A DNA stretch of 24,412 nucleotides from a virus (Duplodnaviria > Caudoviricetes). Made by a program: the position numbers and the translations under genes. Shown piece after piece: positions 1 through 7,856 of the stretch (position 1 is its first letter; every line of letters starts with the position of its first letter). A model generated the notes under the pieces. The model was given only the letters and a program-made list of their open reading frames with translations. It was not told the origin of the DNA and did not search any database. The stretch covers positions 1 through 24,412 of the IMG/VR virus record IMGVR_UViG_3300008252_000011; one strand, given 5' to 3'.

Positions 1-415
1 AGGGATCAAGAAGGTAAACGGCAACCACGACTCCGCTGGCATTGCGCTCTTTGAGGCCGTATGTATTGCCCTGAGTAAACTTCGAAAGCGCCCACATTTC
101 CCGGAACTGCTGCGGCGTCTGATAGTGGTTAGGCTTTGCCAGCACAGGCGACAGCTCAGAATTCTCCACGGTCTGCCAGATTCCAGAAGACGCCCGCCCC
201 TTCAGCGCAAACGGAAGCTTGCCGATATCAGTGGCGAGGCGAGAAACGCAGGCATACAGCGTAGGGTACTGAAGCAGCGAATCAAGGCGCTGCTCCTTGT
301 TTCGCTGCCATGCCCCAGTGAAAGGCTCGCTCACCATTGGCCACCAACCACGGGACGCAGGCACCTGCGACACGGATTTCTCGCGGCGCTTAATCTCCAT
401 CCCGAAAAGTCGCAT
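1..415 (-). CDS. Phage portal protein, HK97 family (N-terminal part, runs off the window)
   Basis: Not in the ORF track. Manual translation from ATG 415: MRLFGMEIKRREKSVSQVPASRGWWPMVSEPFTGAWQRN...LYACVSRLATDIGKLPF...KPNHYQTPQQFREMWALSKFTQGNTYGLKERNASGVVVAVYLLDP; open to the edge, with portal-type PNxYQT and GNTY motifs. Confidence 0.9.
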   Translation of the reverse strand, partial: MRLFGMEIKRREKSVSQVPASRGWWPMVSEPFTGAWQRNKEQRLDSLLQYPTLYACVSRLATDIGKLPFALKGRASSGIWQTVENSELSPVLAKPNHYQTPQQFREMWALSKFTQGNTYGLKERNASGVVVAVYLLDP

Positions 416-424
416 GGCGGGCCT

Positions 425-679
425 TTACTCTTGGTTTGCTTCGGTGTTCTTGCGAGCGCGGCGCTTGGCCGGCTTCGGTTCTGGTTTTTCTACCGCGTCA
501 GACGCCGAGGTCTCGACGGCGGGGGGCGGCGGAGTCTCGACCACTTCAAGTGCCGGCACTTCGTTCGCCCGCATATCGCGGGTCATGTAGGTGCCGCGCC
601 CCAACTTCTGCAACGGGATCGCAAAGCGTTCCTGCATTTCCTGCTGCCGACCGCTCTTGTGCGTAAAGATAACTTTCAT
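425..679 (-). CDS. Small hypothetical head-module protein (84 aa, P/E/K-rich tail)
   Basis: Fills the gap between capsid and portal on the operon strand; GGAG SD upstream. Confidence 0.75.
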   Translation of the reverse strand: MKVIFTHKSGRQQEMQERFAIPLQKLGRGTYMTRDMRANEVPALEVVETPPPPAVETSASDAVEKPEPKPAKRRARKNTEANQE

Positions 680-703
680 GATCTTCTCCGTGCCATCTCG
701 TAG

Positions 704-742
704 AAGGGGCCGCGGTGCAGCCCCTTGAGCCAGATGGCTCGG
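704..742 (-). terminator. Tandem hairpins after the capsid gene (attenuator/stabiliser)
   Basis: GAGCC..GGCTC and AAGGGGC..GCCCCTT stems directly after the capsid stop; weak U-tract. Confidence 0.45.
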
Positions 743-2764
743 TTACGCCCAGTTGACGCCGGTCAGGTACGCAACAGCCGAGTCGCGACGACGCGCCCAG
801 TTGATGGTGCGCTCTGCACGGAAACCAACCAGGTTGCGCTGCCACAGCGAGACCATGACAGTGGTGGCGCTGGTCGGATTGTCCGGCGCGTTATCCATCT
901 GCAGCGATGCTTCGGTAGACATCGACAGATCGATTCCGCCCTCGTCACCCAGGTAGATGTCGCTGGCGTTAACCAGGGCCACGATGTGGCCGCTAGTATC
1001 CGCAGGCACATACTCGGAGACGATTACCGGCAGACCGGACAGCGTGCCGCCCATCATGGTGATGCCGGGGAACTCGGGTTGCCCCAGCGGGTTGACCATC
1101 AGGCTGAGCGACAAAGCCACAGTGGCCGGCATCACGAACACACCAGAGGTCGGCGCGTTGTTGGCTGCGATGAACTGGCCGTACAGCGCCTTCAGGTCAG
1201 CGCGAACCGCATCCGCATCAGTACCACTGGAGACGATGCCGGTAACGCCATTCAGGATGGAAGCCGGGCTGACGCCGGCAGAAGCGGCCTTGGCCGGGTC
1301 GATGAAGTCCAGGTCCAGGCGCTCACGCAGCGCGGCGGCCAGCTGGTCACGAATAATCAGATCAGCAGACGGGCTGGAATCGCGGATGGTTTCCATGGTT
1401 GCGACGGCGATGTTGGCGACCTTCAGCGGCTCCAGCGTGGTGCGATTGAAGTCAAACTTGGTCAACGGCTTGGCTTGACCCTCACCAACCCAGTAGCCGT
1501 CACCGCCAGAGGTCTGGCCAATCAGCGGAACACGGAACGGAACCCGGCGCAGCGAAGGAATGCCGTTCTGTCCAAAGCGACCCATGATGGTCTGCGGGCG
1601 CAGGTACTCGACAAAGTCGGCGTAAACCGAAGTCTCTTCGCCAACCAGCGGGCCAGCCCAAGTGGGATCACTGGTGGTCGCAGCCGCAACCGCAGCCTTG
1701 GTGACCAGTCGCTGCGTGGCGGCGATGATCGAGTCTTGGCCGTCGTACAGGGACTTGGCGATATCGATGGCATTGCGGTGCTCAAGATGACCCAGCGCAA
1801 GGCACTTGGCAGCGCGCGCGAAGGCAACGCCCGGCTCCAGCTTCTGGGTATTCTTGGCGCGCACCTGCAGGCCTTTGCCGATCTCGTAACCGGTGCCTTC
1901 TTTGGCTTGCTCGCCTCCGACAGAAGGAGTCGCGGGCTTGGCTGACTTGGCTTCGCGCTTTTGACGGTCGCGCAGCAATTCGAGGTGCTTTTCGATGGCG
2001 TCTGATTCAGACTTCAGCGTGTCGTATTCTTCGCGCTGCTCCGCATCCAGGGTGGCGCCCTCTTCGGCGGACTTATCCAGAATGGAGTCCATACCGGCCT
2101 GTTTTTGCTTCAGAGTCGACTCGAAGTCGGCAATTTGTTCTGCGATGGTTTTCATTGCATTGCCCTCCTGGGGCTTCGGTGCTTTGAGGTTTTTGGTGAT
2201 GCTTGCCGAAGCGCCGGCAGGTTTATCAATGCGCACAACCGTGGGCAGCTTCTTGCCTGACGCGGCCAGCTGCTCGCGGTCGAACGACTTGATAGAGGTG
2301 ATGGTGGCCTCGGCATTTGCCGGGATGGTCACCAGGGATAACTCCAGCCATTCCCACTTAGTGAAGTGGATGCCGCCGTTATCCATGAAGCTGTACTCCA
2401 GCGGGCGGAAGCCGATAGAAAGCCCCCGCACCAACTGATGCTTGAGTGATTGCCAGGCTTCTTCCAGTCGCGCAGCCAGCCCTTGCGGCGCATCGACCTT
2501 GGGGATGCTTCCACGAACCTCGATACCGGCCTTGGTTGCCTTTGCGGTAAGAATGGTGCCTACCGGCAGCATGCGATCGTGCTGCCAAAGCAGCGCCAGC
2601 GGCAACTTGTACTCGGCACCCGACGGCTCGACGATGTCATCCATGCGGTCGGTCGCTGGCGTCGACGCGATGCCCACGAACTCACGCGCCTCATCATCGA
2701 CCGCCTTGATAGTCACGACGCTGTGCACGCGAGTTGTGCTGGCCGCCATCTTTTCCAGATCCAT
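743..2764 (-). CDS. HK97-type prohead protease fused to major capsid protein
   Basis: N-terminal protease motifs (GIASTPATDRMDDIV, LLWQHD, GLSIGF, ELSLVTIPAN), then a coiled-coil delta-like region and capsid motifs (WVGEGQAKP, LWQRNLVGFRAER); GGAGG SD. Confidence 0.93.
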   Translation of the reverse strand: MDLEKMAASTTRVHSVVTIKAVDDEAREFVGIASTPATDRMDDIVEPSGAEYKLPLALLWQHDRMLPVGTILTAKATKAGIEVRGSIPKVDAPQGLAARLEEAWQSLKHQLVRGLSIGFRPLEYSFMDNGGIHFTKWEWLELSLVTIPANAEATITSIKSFDREQLAASGKKLPTVVRIDKPAGASASITKNLKAPKPQEGNAMKTIAEQIADFESTLKQKQAGMDSILDKSAEEGATLDAEQREEYDTLKSESDAIEKHLELLRDRQKREAKSAKPATPSVGGEQAKEGTGYEIGKGLQVRAKNTQKLEPGVAFARAAKCLALGHLEHRNAIDIAKSLYDGQDSIIAATQRLVTKAAVAAATTSDPTWAGPLVGEETSVYADFVEYLRPQTIMGRFGQNGIPSLRRVPFRVPLIGQTSGGDGYWVGEGQAKPLTKFDFNRTTLEPLKVANIAVATMETIRDSSPSADLIIRDQLAAALRERLDLDFIDPAKAASAGVSPASILNGVTGIVSSGTDADAVRADLKALYGQFIAANNAPTSGVFVMPATVALSLSLMVNPLGQPEFPGITMMGGTLSGLPVIVSEYVPADTSGHIVALVNASDIYLGDEGGIDLSMSTEASLQMDNAPDNPTSATTVMVSLWQRNLVGFRAERTINWARRRDSAVAYLTGVNWA

Positions 2765-2780
2765 TCGGACCTCCAGAAAC

Positions 2781-2803
2781 GAGAAAACCCGCCGAAGCGG
2801 GTC
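2781..2803 (-). terminator. Intrinsic terminator-like hairpin between terL and capsid
   Basis: Minus strand ACCCGC-TTCG-GCGGGT-TTTCTC (cUUCGg tetraloop). Confidence 0.6.
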
Positions 2804-2822
2804 TGTTGGTTACTGCCTGGCG

Positions 2823-4481
2823 CTAGCCGAGCACGAACATTTGGTATTTCTTGGTTGCCGCTGGCGGGTTAAGTGCCATCAGCGTCACTGCGTTGAGCAT
2901 GGCCATTAGCGGGTCAATCTTCGACGAGCCAGAGGCTTGCTTGGTAATCAGTATTGAGTTGGCGCGATTCTCGATCCGGGCGTTGCCGACACACCATGCC
3001 ATCAGCGGTTGCTCTGCAGGGGCGAATGAGCCGTCCGCCAGCCAACGCTCGGCAGTCTTGATAGCGCCGCCCAGCTTCCAGCCTTGGCTTACGCCGACAA
3101 TCTTGTCGTTGGGTATTCCGCGCTCTTCCAGCTTATCGAGAATGGTGCCGAGCCCAACCGGGTCACAGCCGATCTTGTCGAGCAGCCCAGCGTCGTGCAC
3201 TTGCTCGCAGATGTCGGCCAGCTCTTCGACATCTTCGCCAACGCGCTCAACCAGTGTCAGGTGGCCGTCGTTTGCAAAGTCCTGCAGGGCGGGGGCGATA
3301 TCCTGCCGGCGCTTGAGCACTGATGGGTGCGCCCAGGCATATCCCCATCCCAACTTGCGGCCCGTATCCTTCTCCCGGCCTACAGCGTAAAGCCCAAGAA
3401 GGTCATCAAGGCCGCCGCCGTCGACTCCAAGGTCAACCACCTCGCTGCGTTCCAGCAGCTGGGTGAGCGTGCACGGCTCGACCTGGTCCTCCCAGAACTC
3501 GGCACCAGCCCAGCGATCAGAGCGCAACGCCAGCCCGATCTCTACATTGAGGTGCTTCGCCAGGAATACCTGCAGCGACCCGTCTGTTTTGTCCTTTCTC
3601 TTTCGCAGCTGGTCTTCCAGCCACTCCCTGCTGACTGAGCGGCCAAGATTTGGGTTTGTGAAATGGAAGTTGGCGGGGTCCATGTAGGACTTGGCCTTAA
3701 CCATCGCTTCCGGGAACTCATACAACACCCCGAGCGATCTGCGGTCGACGATGATTCCGTCGCGCACGTCGCGGTAATACTGCAGCTTCTCCTTGAAGAC
3801 GCCGGCCGGTGGCTTCTCGCTTTGAGTGGTGAGGTAGATCACCCAGCCCTCATTGCGCGACACCTGCCCACCAGTAGCCTCCATGAACATGGCGTCAGCG
3901 GTGGGCTTTGACCCGAACACCCAGTGCTCATCGATCATCACCCGGCCAGCCTTCTTGCCGGATACGGTGTCTGTGTCGGCAGCAACAACCTTCAGGCTGT
4001 TGCGATTAACCCTATGACTGATGGTCCGGATATGGTCCTGAATATGGAACATGTCGGACAACTCATCGTCCGCCCGCACCATCCCTGCCGCCGGCTTGTA
4101 GCTGTTGTCGGCGACCTCTTTGGTCGGCGCCAGGATCAGATGCTCTTCTTCTTCGCGCCAACACAGGATCAGCGCGGTCAGCATGATGCCTGCGGCGATG
4201 GTCGACTTGGTGTTCTTCTTGCTGATCAGGAGGTAAAACTCCCTGATCAACTGGTTGCCAGTCTCGGCGTCATAGGCACCGAAGATCGCACCGACAAAAT
4301 CGAACACCCACTGATCTGAACACTCGCCGAACGTCGGCTTGCCCGGAAGGTCGACAACTCGCAGCTGCTTGAAAATATTGAGCGCGCGCTCGGCCTCAGC
4401 CTTGAAAATTGGCGCAGGGATGATCGTCTGTCCGTTCTTGAGCCTCTCAGCCCAGTCAGGACAGGCAGTAGACCAGTCCAC
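2823..4481 (-). CDS. terL: Terminase large subunit
   Basis: Walker A-like ISKKNTKST, Walker B VMIDE, nuclease motifs DGGGLDDL and KIDPLMA; 552 aa. Confidence 0.95.
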   Translation of the reverse strand: MDWSTACPDWAERLKNGQTIIPAPIFKAEAERALNIFKQLRVVDLPGKPTFGECSDQWVFDFVGAIFGAYDAETGNQLIREFYLLISKKNTKSTIAAGIMLTALILCWREEEEHLILAPTKEVADNSYKPAAGMVRADDELSDMFHIQDHIRTISHRVNRNSLKVVAADTDTVSGKKAGRVMIDEHWVFGSKPTADAMFMEATGGQVSRNEGWVIYLTTQSEKPPAGVFKEKLQYYRDVRDGIIVDRRSLGVLYEFPEAMVKAKSYMDPANFHFTNPNLGRSVSREWLEDQLRKRKDKTDGSLQVFLAKHLNVEIGLALRSDRWAGAEFWEDQVEPCTLTQLLERSEVVDLGVDGGGLDDLLGLYAVGREKDTGRKLGWGYAWAHPSVLKRRQDIAPALQDFANDGHLTLVERVGEDVEELADICEQVHDAGLLDKIGCDPVGLGTILDKLEERGIPNDKIVGVSQGWKLGGAIKTAERWLADGSFAPAEQPLMAWCVGNARIENRANSILITKQASGSSKIDPLMAMLNAVTLMALNPPAATKKYQMFVLG

Positions 4482-4961
4482 TTACTTGACCGCATGTAGC
4501 GGCGGCGGTGGCGCTGCGCCGAACCTTCCGCCAGTAGCCTTCTGAGCGGCGGCCTGCTTCTCGCCCTTCTTGCCGCTGTCGCCCTTCTTGCTGTGGAAAT
4601 AGTCAACAGCCTTCTGAGCAGCGTTGCGCCGGTCGAATATCTTGGCCCGGGGCTCATTCATGAGCGCGAGCAACCAGGTAAGCGGGTCATCGGTCTGGGG
4701 GAGCGAGTCGAGAAACTCTCCGTCGCCGTCGGGCATTTCGCCGACAGGCGAGCCATCTGCCTGGTCGCCAAGCTCGGTGTTAACCAGCGCCGCGATCTTT
4801 AACATTTCGACAAAGGCTTCCACGTCGGGATGCTTCGCGAGCCGAGAACCAGCCGCAGAAGCCGAGGAAGCCGCGTATCCAGCGGCCTCAGCGGCCTCTC
4901 TGTTACTTGCGCCGGCTGCCTTTGCTTCGGCAAATCGGCGCTGTTTGTTTGTGAGCGCCAT
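4482..4961 (-). CDS. terS: Terminase small subunit
   Basis: LTNKQRRFA...AAEAAGY...GSRL HTH pattern; abuts the terL start; ATG 4961 has an AAGGT SD. Confidence 0.88.
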   Translation of the reverse strand: MALTNKQRRFAEAKAAGASNREAAEAAGYAASSASAAGSRLAKHPDVEAFVEMLKIAALVNTELGDQADGSPVGEMPDGDGEFLDSLPQTDDPLTWLLALMNEPRAKIFDRRNAAQKAVDYFHSKKGDSGKKGEKQAAAQKATGGRFGAAPPPPLHAVK

Positions 4962-4984
4962 TAACAAATACCTTCAAAGCGGGA

Positions 4985-5056
4985 AAAAATCTGCAAATGA
5001 GTTTGGGCGCGGTGTCCGCTGCCTTCTCTCCAGGACAATCCGACACCCCCCCCCTA
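4985..5056 (-). other. Putative cos region
   Basis: Intergenic between HNH and terS; G8 run followed by ACACCGCGCCCAAAC (5001-5015), the layout typical of HK97-like 3'-overhang cos regions. Confidence 0.5.
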
Positions 5057-5060
5057 CCCA

Positions 5061-5375
5061 TCAGGAGCGGGCTTGCTGGCTCTCCAGCGCGGTCTTCTGC
5101 TTGTGGCAAGGGATGCACAAGGACTGAAGGTTCTCGTCGTCATCTGTGCCGCCTTGCGCGACGTTGACGATGTGGTCGAGCTCCAACTCATGGGTAACCT
5201 TGTGGCAGTGCTGACATGTATAGCCGTCACGCAGGAAGATCTGGTCACGCTTGCGGCGCCAAGGGCGACCACCTCGGCCAGAGCCCCAGCGATCGACCTG
5301 CACGTCGTCTGCTCGCGCCATCTGACGACCCTCTGCCATCTGGACGCGCGGCTTAACAGTGCTGAGCCTGCCCAT
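5061..5375 (-). CDS. HNH endonuclease (terminase-associated, HK97 gp74-like)
   Basis: CQHC...ELDHIVNVAQGGTDDDENLQSLCIPCHKQKT; immediately upstream of terS. Confidence 0.92.
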   Translation of the reverse strand: MGRLSTVKPRVQMAEGRQMARADDVQVDRWGSGRGGRPWRRKRDQIFLRDGYTCQHCHKVTHELELDHIVNVAQGGTDDDENLQSLCIPCHKQKTALESQQARS

Positions 5376-5376
5376 A

Positions 5377-5562
5377 TCAGCGGCGACCAGTGCTGCCGTC
5401 GAGATAAGTGTCGAGACTTACCGTCTCGATGGTGTCAGCGCCGCCATCGCCAGCGTCATCCGTCACAATCTCAATGATTGTCTGGTTGGTCTTGACCAGT
5501 TCGTTGATCGCCGCTGTCTGCGCCTGCAGCGCTTCGATCAGTTCTTCCAGCAACTGTTGCAC
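5377..5562 (-). CDS. Hypothetical acidic coiled-coil protein
   Basis: Likely GTG start at 5562 with GGAGAG SD; stop adjacent to the HNH start. Confidence 0.65.
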   Translation of the reverse strand: MQQLLEELIEALQAQTAAINELVKTNQTIIEIVTDDAGDGGADTIETVSLDTYLDGSTGRR

Positions 5563-5621
5563 GTGCTCTCTCCCGGGCGATGCGCGCCCACTTGGCGATC
5601 CATTCACGCCGCCTCTGGCAG

Positions 5622-5918
5622 CTACTGCAGGCCATGTGATTGCTTATAGTGACGAGCCAACATTGCCAGCTCTTCTATAGCCGCCTTGGCCATTCGGTTA
5701 GCCCGGGTCATGAAGTTGGCTACTGGGTCGCCAATTGTCACGCCAGAGGTGGTGACGGTCATCTTCACGGTTACCGTGGACACCTCGCCAGCGGCCTGAT
5801 GCAGATCGCACGAGACCTGACACGGAATCACGTCACCATCCTGATCAACCAGAAGCAACGCCTTGCCACCTGAAGCACCTAGTGCTTGGCGCTCGGCCAA
5901 ATAGAGTTTGGTAGTCAT
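5622..5918 (-). CDS. Hypothetical protein (98 aa)
   Basis: Start overlaps the holin stop (TAATG). Confidence 0.65.
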   Translation of the reverse strand: MTTKLYLAERQALGASGGKALLLVDQDGDVIPCQVSCDLHQAAGEVSTVTVKMTVTTSGVTIGDPVANFMTRANRMAKAAIEELAMLARHYKQSHGLQ

Positions 5919-6304
5919 TACCGTCCCAATGCCTCACGAATCTCTTTGATCATGTCCACCAGCGTGGTGCCTTGGCGCTTGTCGGCATAGGCGAACCATG
6001 CGCGCACGAACACCCATGCCGGAAGGCCGCACACGAAGTACAAGCCAGCCAGGGCGACCGATCCGTTCCAGTGCTCAGCCCACACATGCAGGCCCAGCCA
6101 CTGCACAACGCCAGCGCCCCCGCATACCGAGGCGATTACGGTGCAGATCAGCGCGACAACCCATTCACGGCGACTCTTGGGCTGGGTCATCGCCATCACG
6201 ACGATGGCAGCAAAGGTGGCGCCAAACAGAAAGCCGGCGACCTTGGACAGCGCAAGGCTGCCAAGCGCCGTGGATGCCGGCTCGCTCATCTGGTGATTCC
6301 TCAT
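5918..6304 (-). CDS. Putative holin
   Basis: Three hydrophobic segments and a charged C-terminus; first gene after the late promoter/terminator. Confidence 0.7.
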   Translation of the reverse strand: MRNHQMSEPASTALGSLALSKVAGFLFGATFAAIVVMAMTQPKSRREWVVALICTVIASVCGGAGVVQWLGLHVWAEHWNGSVALAGLYFVCGLPAWVFVRAWFAYADKRQGTTLVDMIKEIREALGR

Positions 6305-6362
6305 AGTGGATAGTCCCGGGCTGGGCCCTTGTGGCCGTCCGTGGTCGGTGAATTACGGGCAT

Positions 6363-6395
6363 AAAAAAGCCCCGGCGGTTTAGGCCAGGGCTTTT
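6363..6395 (-). terminator. Late-leader terminator (tR'-like), potentially bidirectional
   Basis: Minus strand AAAAGCCCTGGC-ctaaacc-GCCGGGGCTTTTTT. Confidence 0.8.
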
Positions 6396-6418
6396 GGTGA
6401 AAACTCGTGCAAGATGAC

Positions 6419-6450
6419 AAAATAGTCGCTCATCTGCTCACTGCATGCAA
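6419..6450 (-). promoter_or_regulatory. Putative late promoter with antiterminator-binding direct repeat
   Basis: TTGCAT...TGAGC-aga-TGAGC...TATTTT just downstream of the antiterminator gene and upstream of the terminator; the 20-nt spacing is atypical. Confidence 0.45.
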
Positions 6451-6457
6451 CCCCTTT

Positions 6458-7009
6458 CTACGCCGCCTCGCCTACCTTCAAACGGTATTCCACTAGCAGG
6501 CGCTCAACTGCCTCGTATGCATCTGCCTGCTGATTGTTGAGCCACTTATCCGTGACGCACTTCCAGCGGCGCAGCGTACCGTCTGGCGTGCCGTCGTTGT
6601 CCCATGTGTGCAGCACATAAAACGCATCGGGCAGGCTGCGGGTAGACCTCTGCCCGTTTGACAGCTTGGGCATCACCCATGCGGTCACAGCCTTGAGCCT
6701 GAATAGCTGATGCGCTGGCGTGACGGCGTTGCGTGACAGCCAGTGTATTGCCTCCATGACCTCGGCGTTGTTAATGCTCCTGCGCGCTACCAGGGCATAC
6801 CACTGCGCCGGAGACAACTCCCTGTGCAGCATTCCCCGTGTCATCGCGTCCTGAGTCAGGCGTTCCTCAGCACTCAGCCCTGACCCTTCACCCCGCGTTT
6901 CAGGAAAGCCAGACTGATACCGCATCTGCCACCCAGCCTTTGCCGTGCCATCGTTGGTCTCGATCGACATCACCCGCGCAATGCAGTGCCCTGCGTCTCT
7001 GTAGATCAT
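6458..7009 (-). CDS. Putative late antiterminator (Q position, AlpA-like)
   Basis: Last gene before the promoter-terminator-holin unit; SGLSAEE..Q.AM and C-terminal TLRRW pattern recall the P. aeruginosa AlpA antiterminator (from memory). Confidence 0.65.
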   Translation of the reverse strand: MIYRDAGHCIARVMSIETNDGTAKAGWQMRYQSGFPETRGEGSGLSAEERLTQDAMTRGMLHRELSPAQWYALVARRSINNAEVMEAIHWLSRNAVTPAHQLFRLKAVTAWVMPKLSNGQRSTRSLPDAFYVLHTWDNDGTPDGTLRRWKCVTDKWLNNQQADAYEAVERLLVEYRLKVGEAA

Positions 7010-7012
7010 GGA

Positions 7013-7306
7013 TCAATCCCCCGTATAGTGACCGAGTACGCCATCGCGCCGGCTGGGCTGATAATCACGCTCTGCACCCTGGGCACCGCCGCGGGACTGC
7101 ACCAGCGCCTGCAGGATGTTGGCCCGAGCAATCTGCCGGGTCAGCTGCCGCCCGAGCTGCTGGGCCAGATCCTGTCCCGCCACCGGCAGCCAGCCGATGC
7201 CATCGCAGGCAATGCAGTCCAACTGATGGAAAATGCCCATCGTTGTGCCTTTGCCGTTGCATGCCTTGCACACTTCCGGCTCCACCATGTCACGCCGACT
7301 TGTCAC
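7013..7306 (-). CDS. Small Zn-finger protein (two CxxCxGxG repeats)
   Basis: CKACNGKG and CIACDGIG; start overlaps the upstream stop. Confidence 0.8.
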   Translation of the reverse strand: MTSRRDMVEPEVCKACNGKGTTMGIFHQLDCIACDGIGWLPVAGQDLAQQLGRQLTRQIARANILQALVQSRGGAQGAERDYQPSRRDGVLGHYTGD

Positions 7307-7515
7307 GCTTGCTCCTTACGATGGATAGCCACGCACTTGTCCAACTGATCAGGGTCTGGGCTGGTGAACAGCAGCGCACCACCTGGCCCATTGACCACAA
7401 ACACCCGCTCACCCCGCATTACCTCAACCGTGCGACGGTATCCGTCGCAGGTCTCCCATAGATCAAGCCCAGGCTCGACCCGCTCCCACTCGATGCGGTC
7501 AGTCAAAGCGTTCAA
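7303..7515 (-). CDS. Hypothetical protein (70 aa)
   Basis: GGAGG SD; overlaps both neighbours. Confidence 0.7.
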   Translation of the reverse strand: MNALTDRIEWERVEPGLDLWETCDGYRRTVEVMRGERVFVVNGPGGALLFTSPDPDQLDKCVAIHRKEQA

Positions 7516-7852
7516 CCTCCCAGCCGGCGGCCTTCTTCTTCACCGCGATGAAAACGAACGGGTACTGTTCAGCGGCCACCTTGATCTTCACCCTGGCGTC
7601 GTCCGTCCAATGCCCCTTCACCTCGTGAATCTCCATCTGCCCATCTGAACGCATCACCGCGAAGTCGGGCGAGTAGAAGGTGTTGTCAGCCAGCCGCAGC
7701 TTGATGCCCTCGAAGCGATACCAAGCCACCTCACCGGCAGCCTGCAGCACTGCCAAGTGTCGGTCATAGGCCGCTTCCGTCTTGTTCTGCTTGCCTGCCT
7801 TGAGGCGTCCGAGCGCCTGCATCTTCGTCACAGCTGAGGCCTGTTTCCGCAT
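7499..7852 (-). CDS. PD-(D/E)XK nuclease, DUF1064-like (putative resolvase)
   Basis: YSPDF...HEVKG motif; start reassigned to ATG 7852 (GGAGAGG SD), just after the recombinase stop. Confidence 0.8.
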   Translation of the reverse strand: MRKQASAVTKMQALGRLKAGKQNKTEAAYDRHLAVLQAAGEVAWYRFEGIKLRLADNTFYSPDFAVMRSDGQMEIHEVKGHWTDDARVKIKVAAEQYPFVFIAVKKKAAGWEVERFD

Positions 7853-7856
7853 ATCT

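Noticed and set aside
725-1945. 406-aa + strand ORF (and 125-703)
   Set aside because: Antisense shadows of the capsid and portal genes, expected from high-GC codon bias; no motifs or SD.
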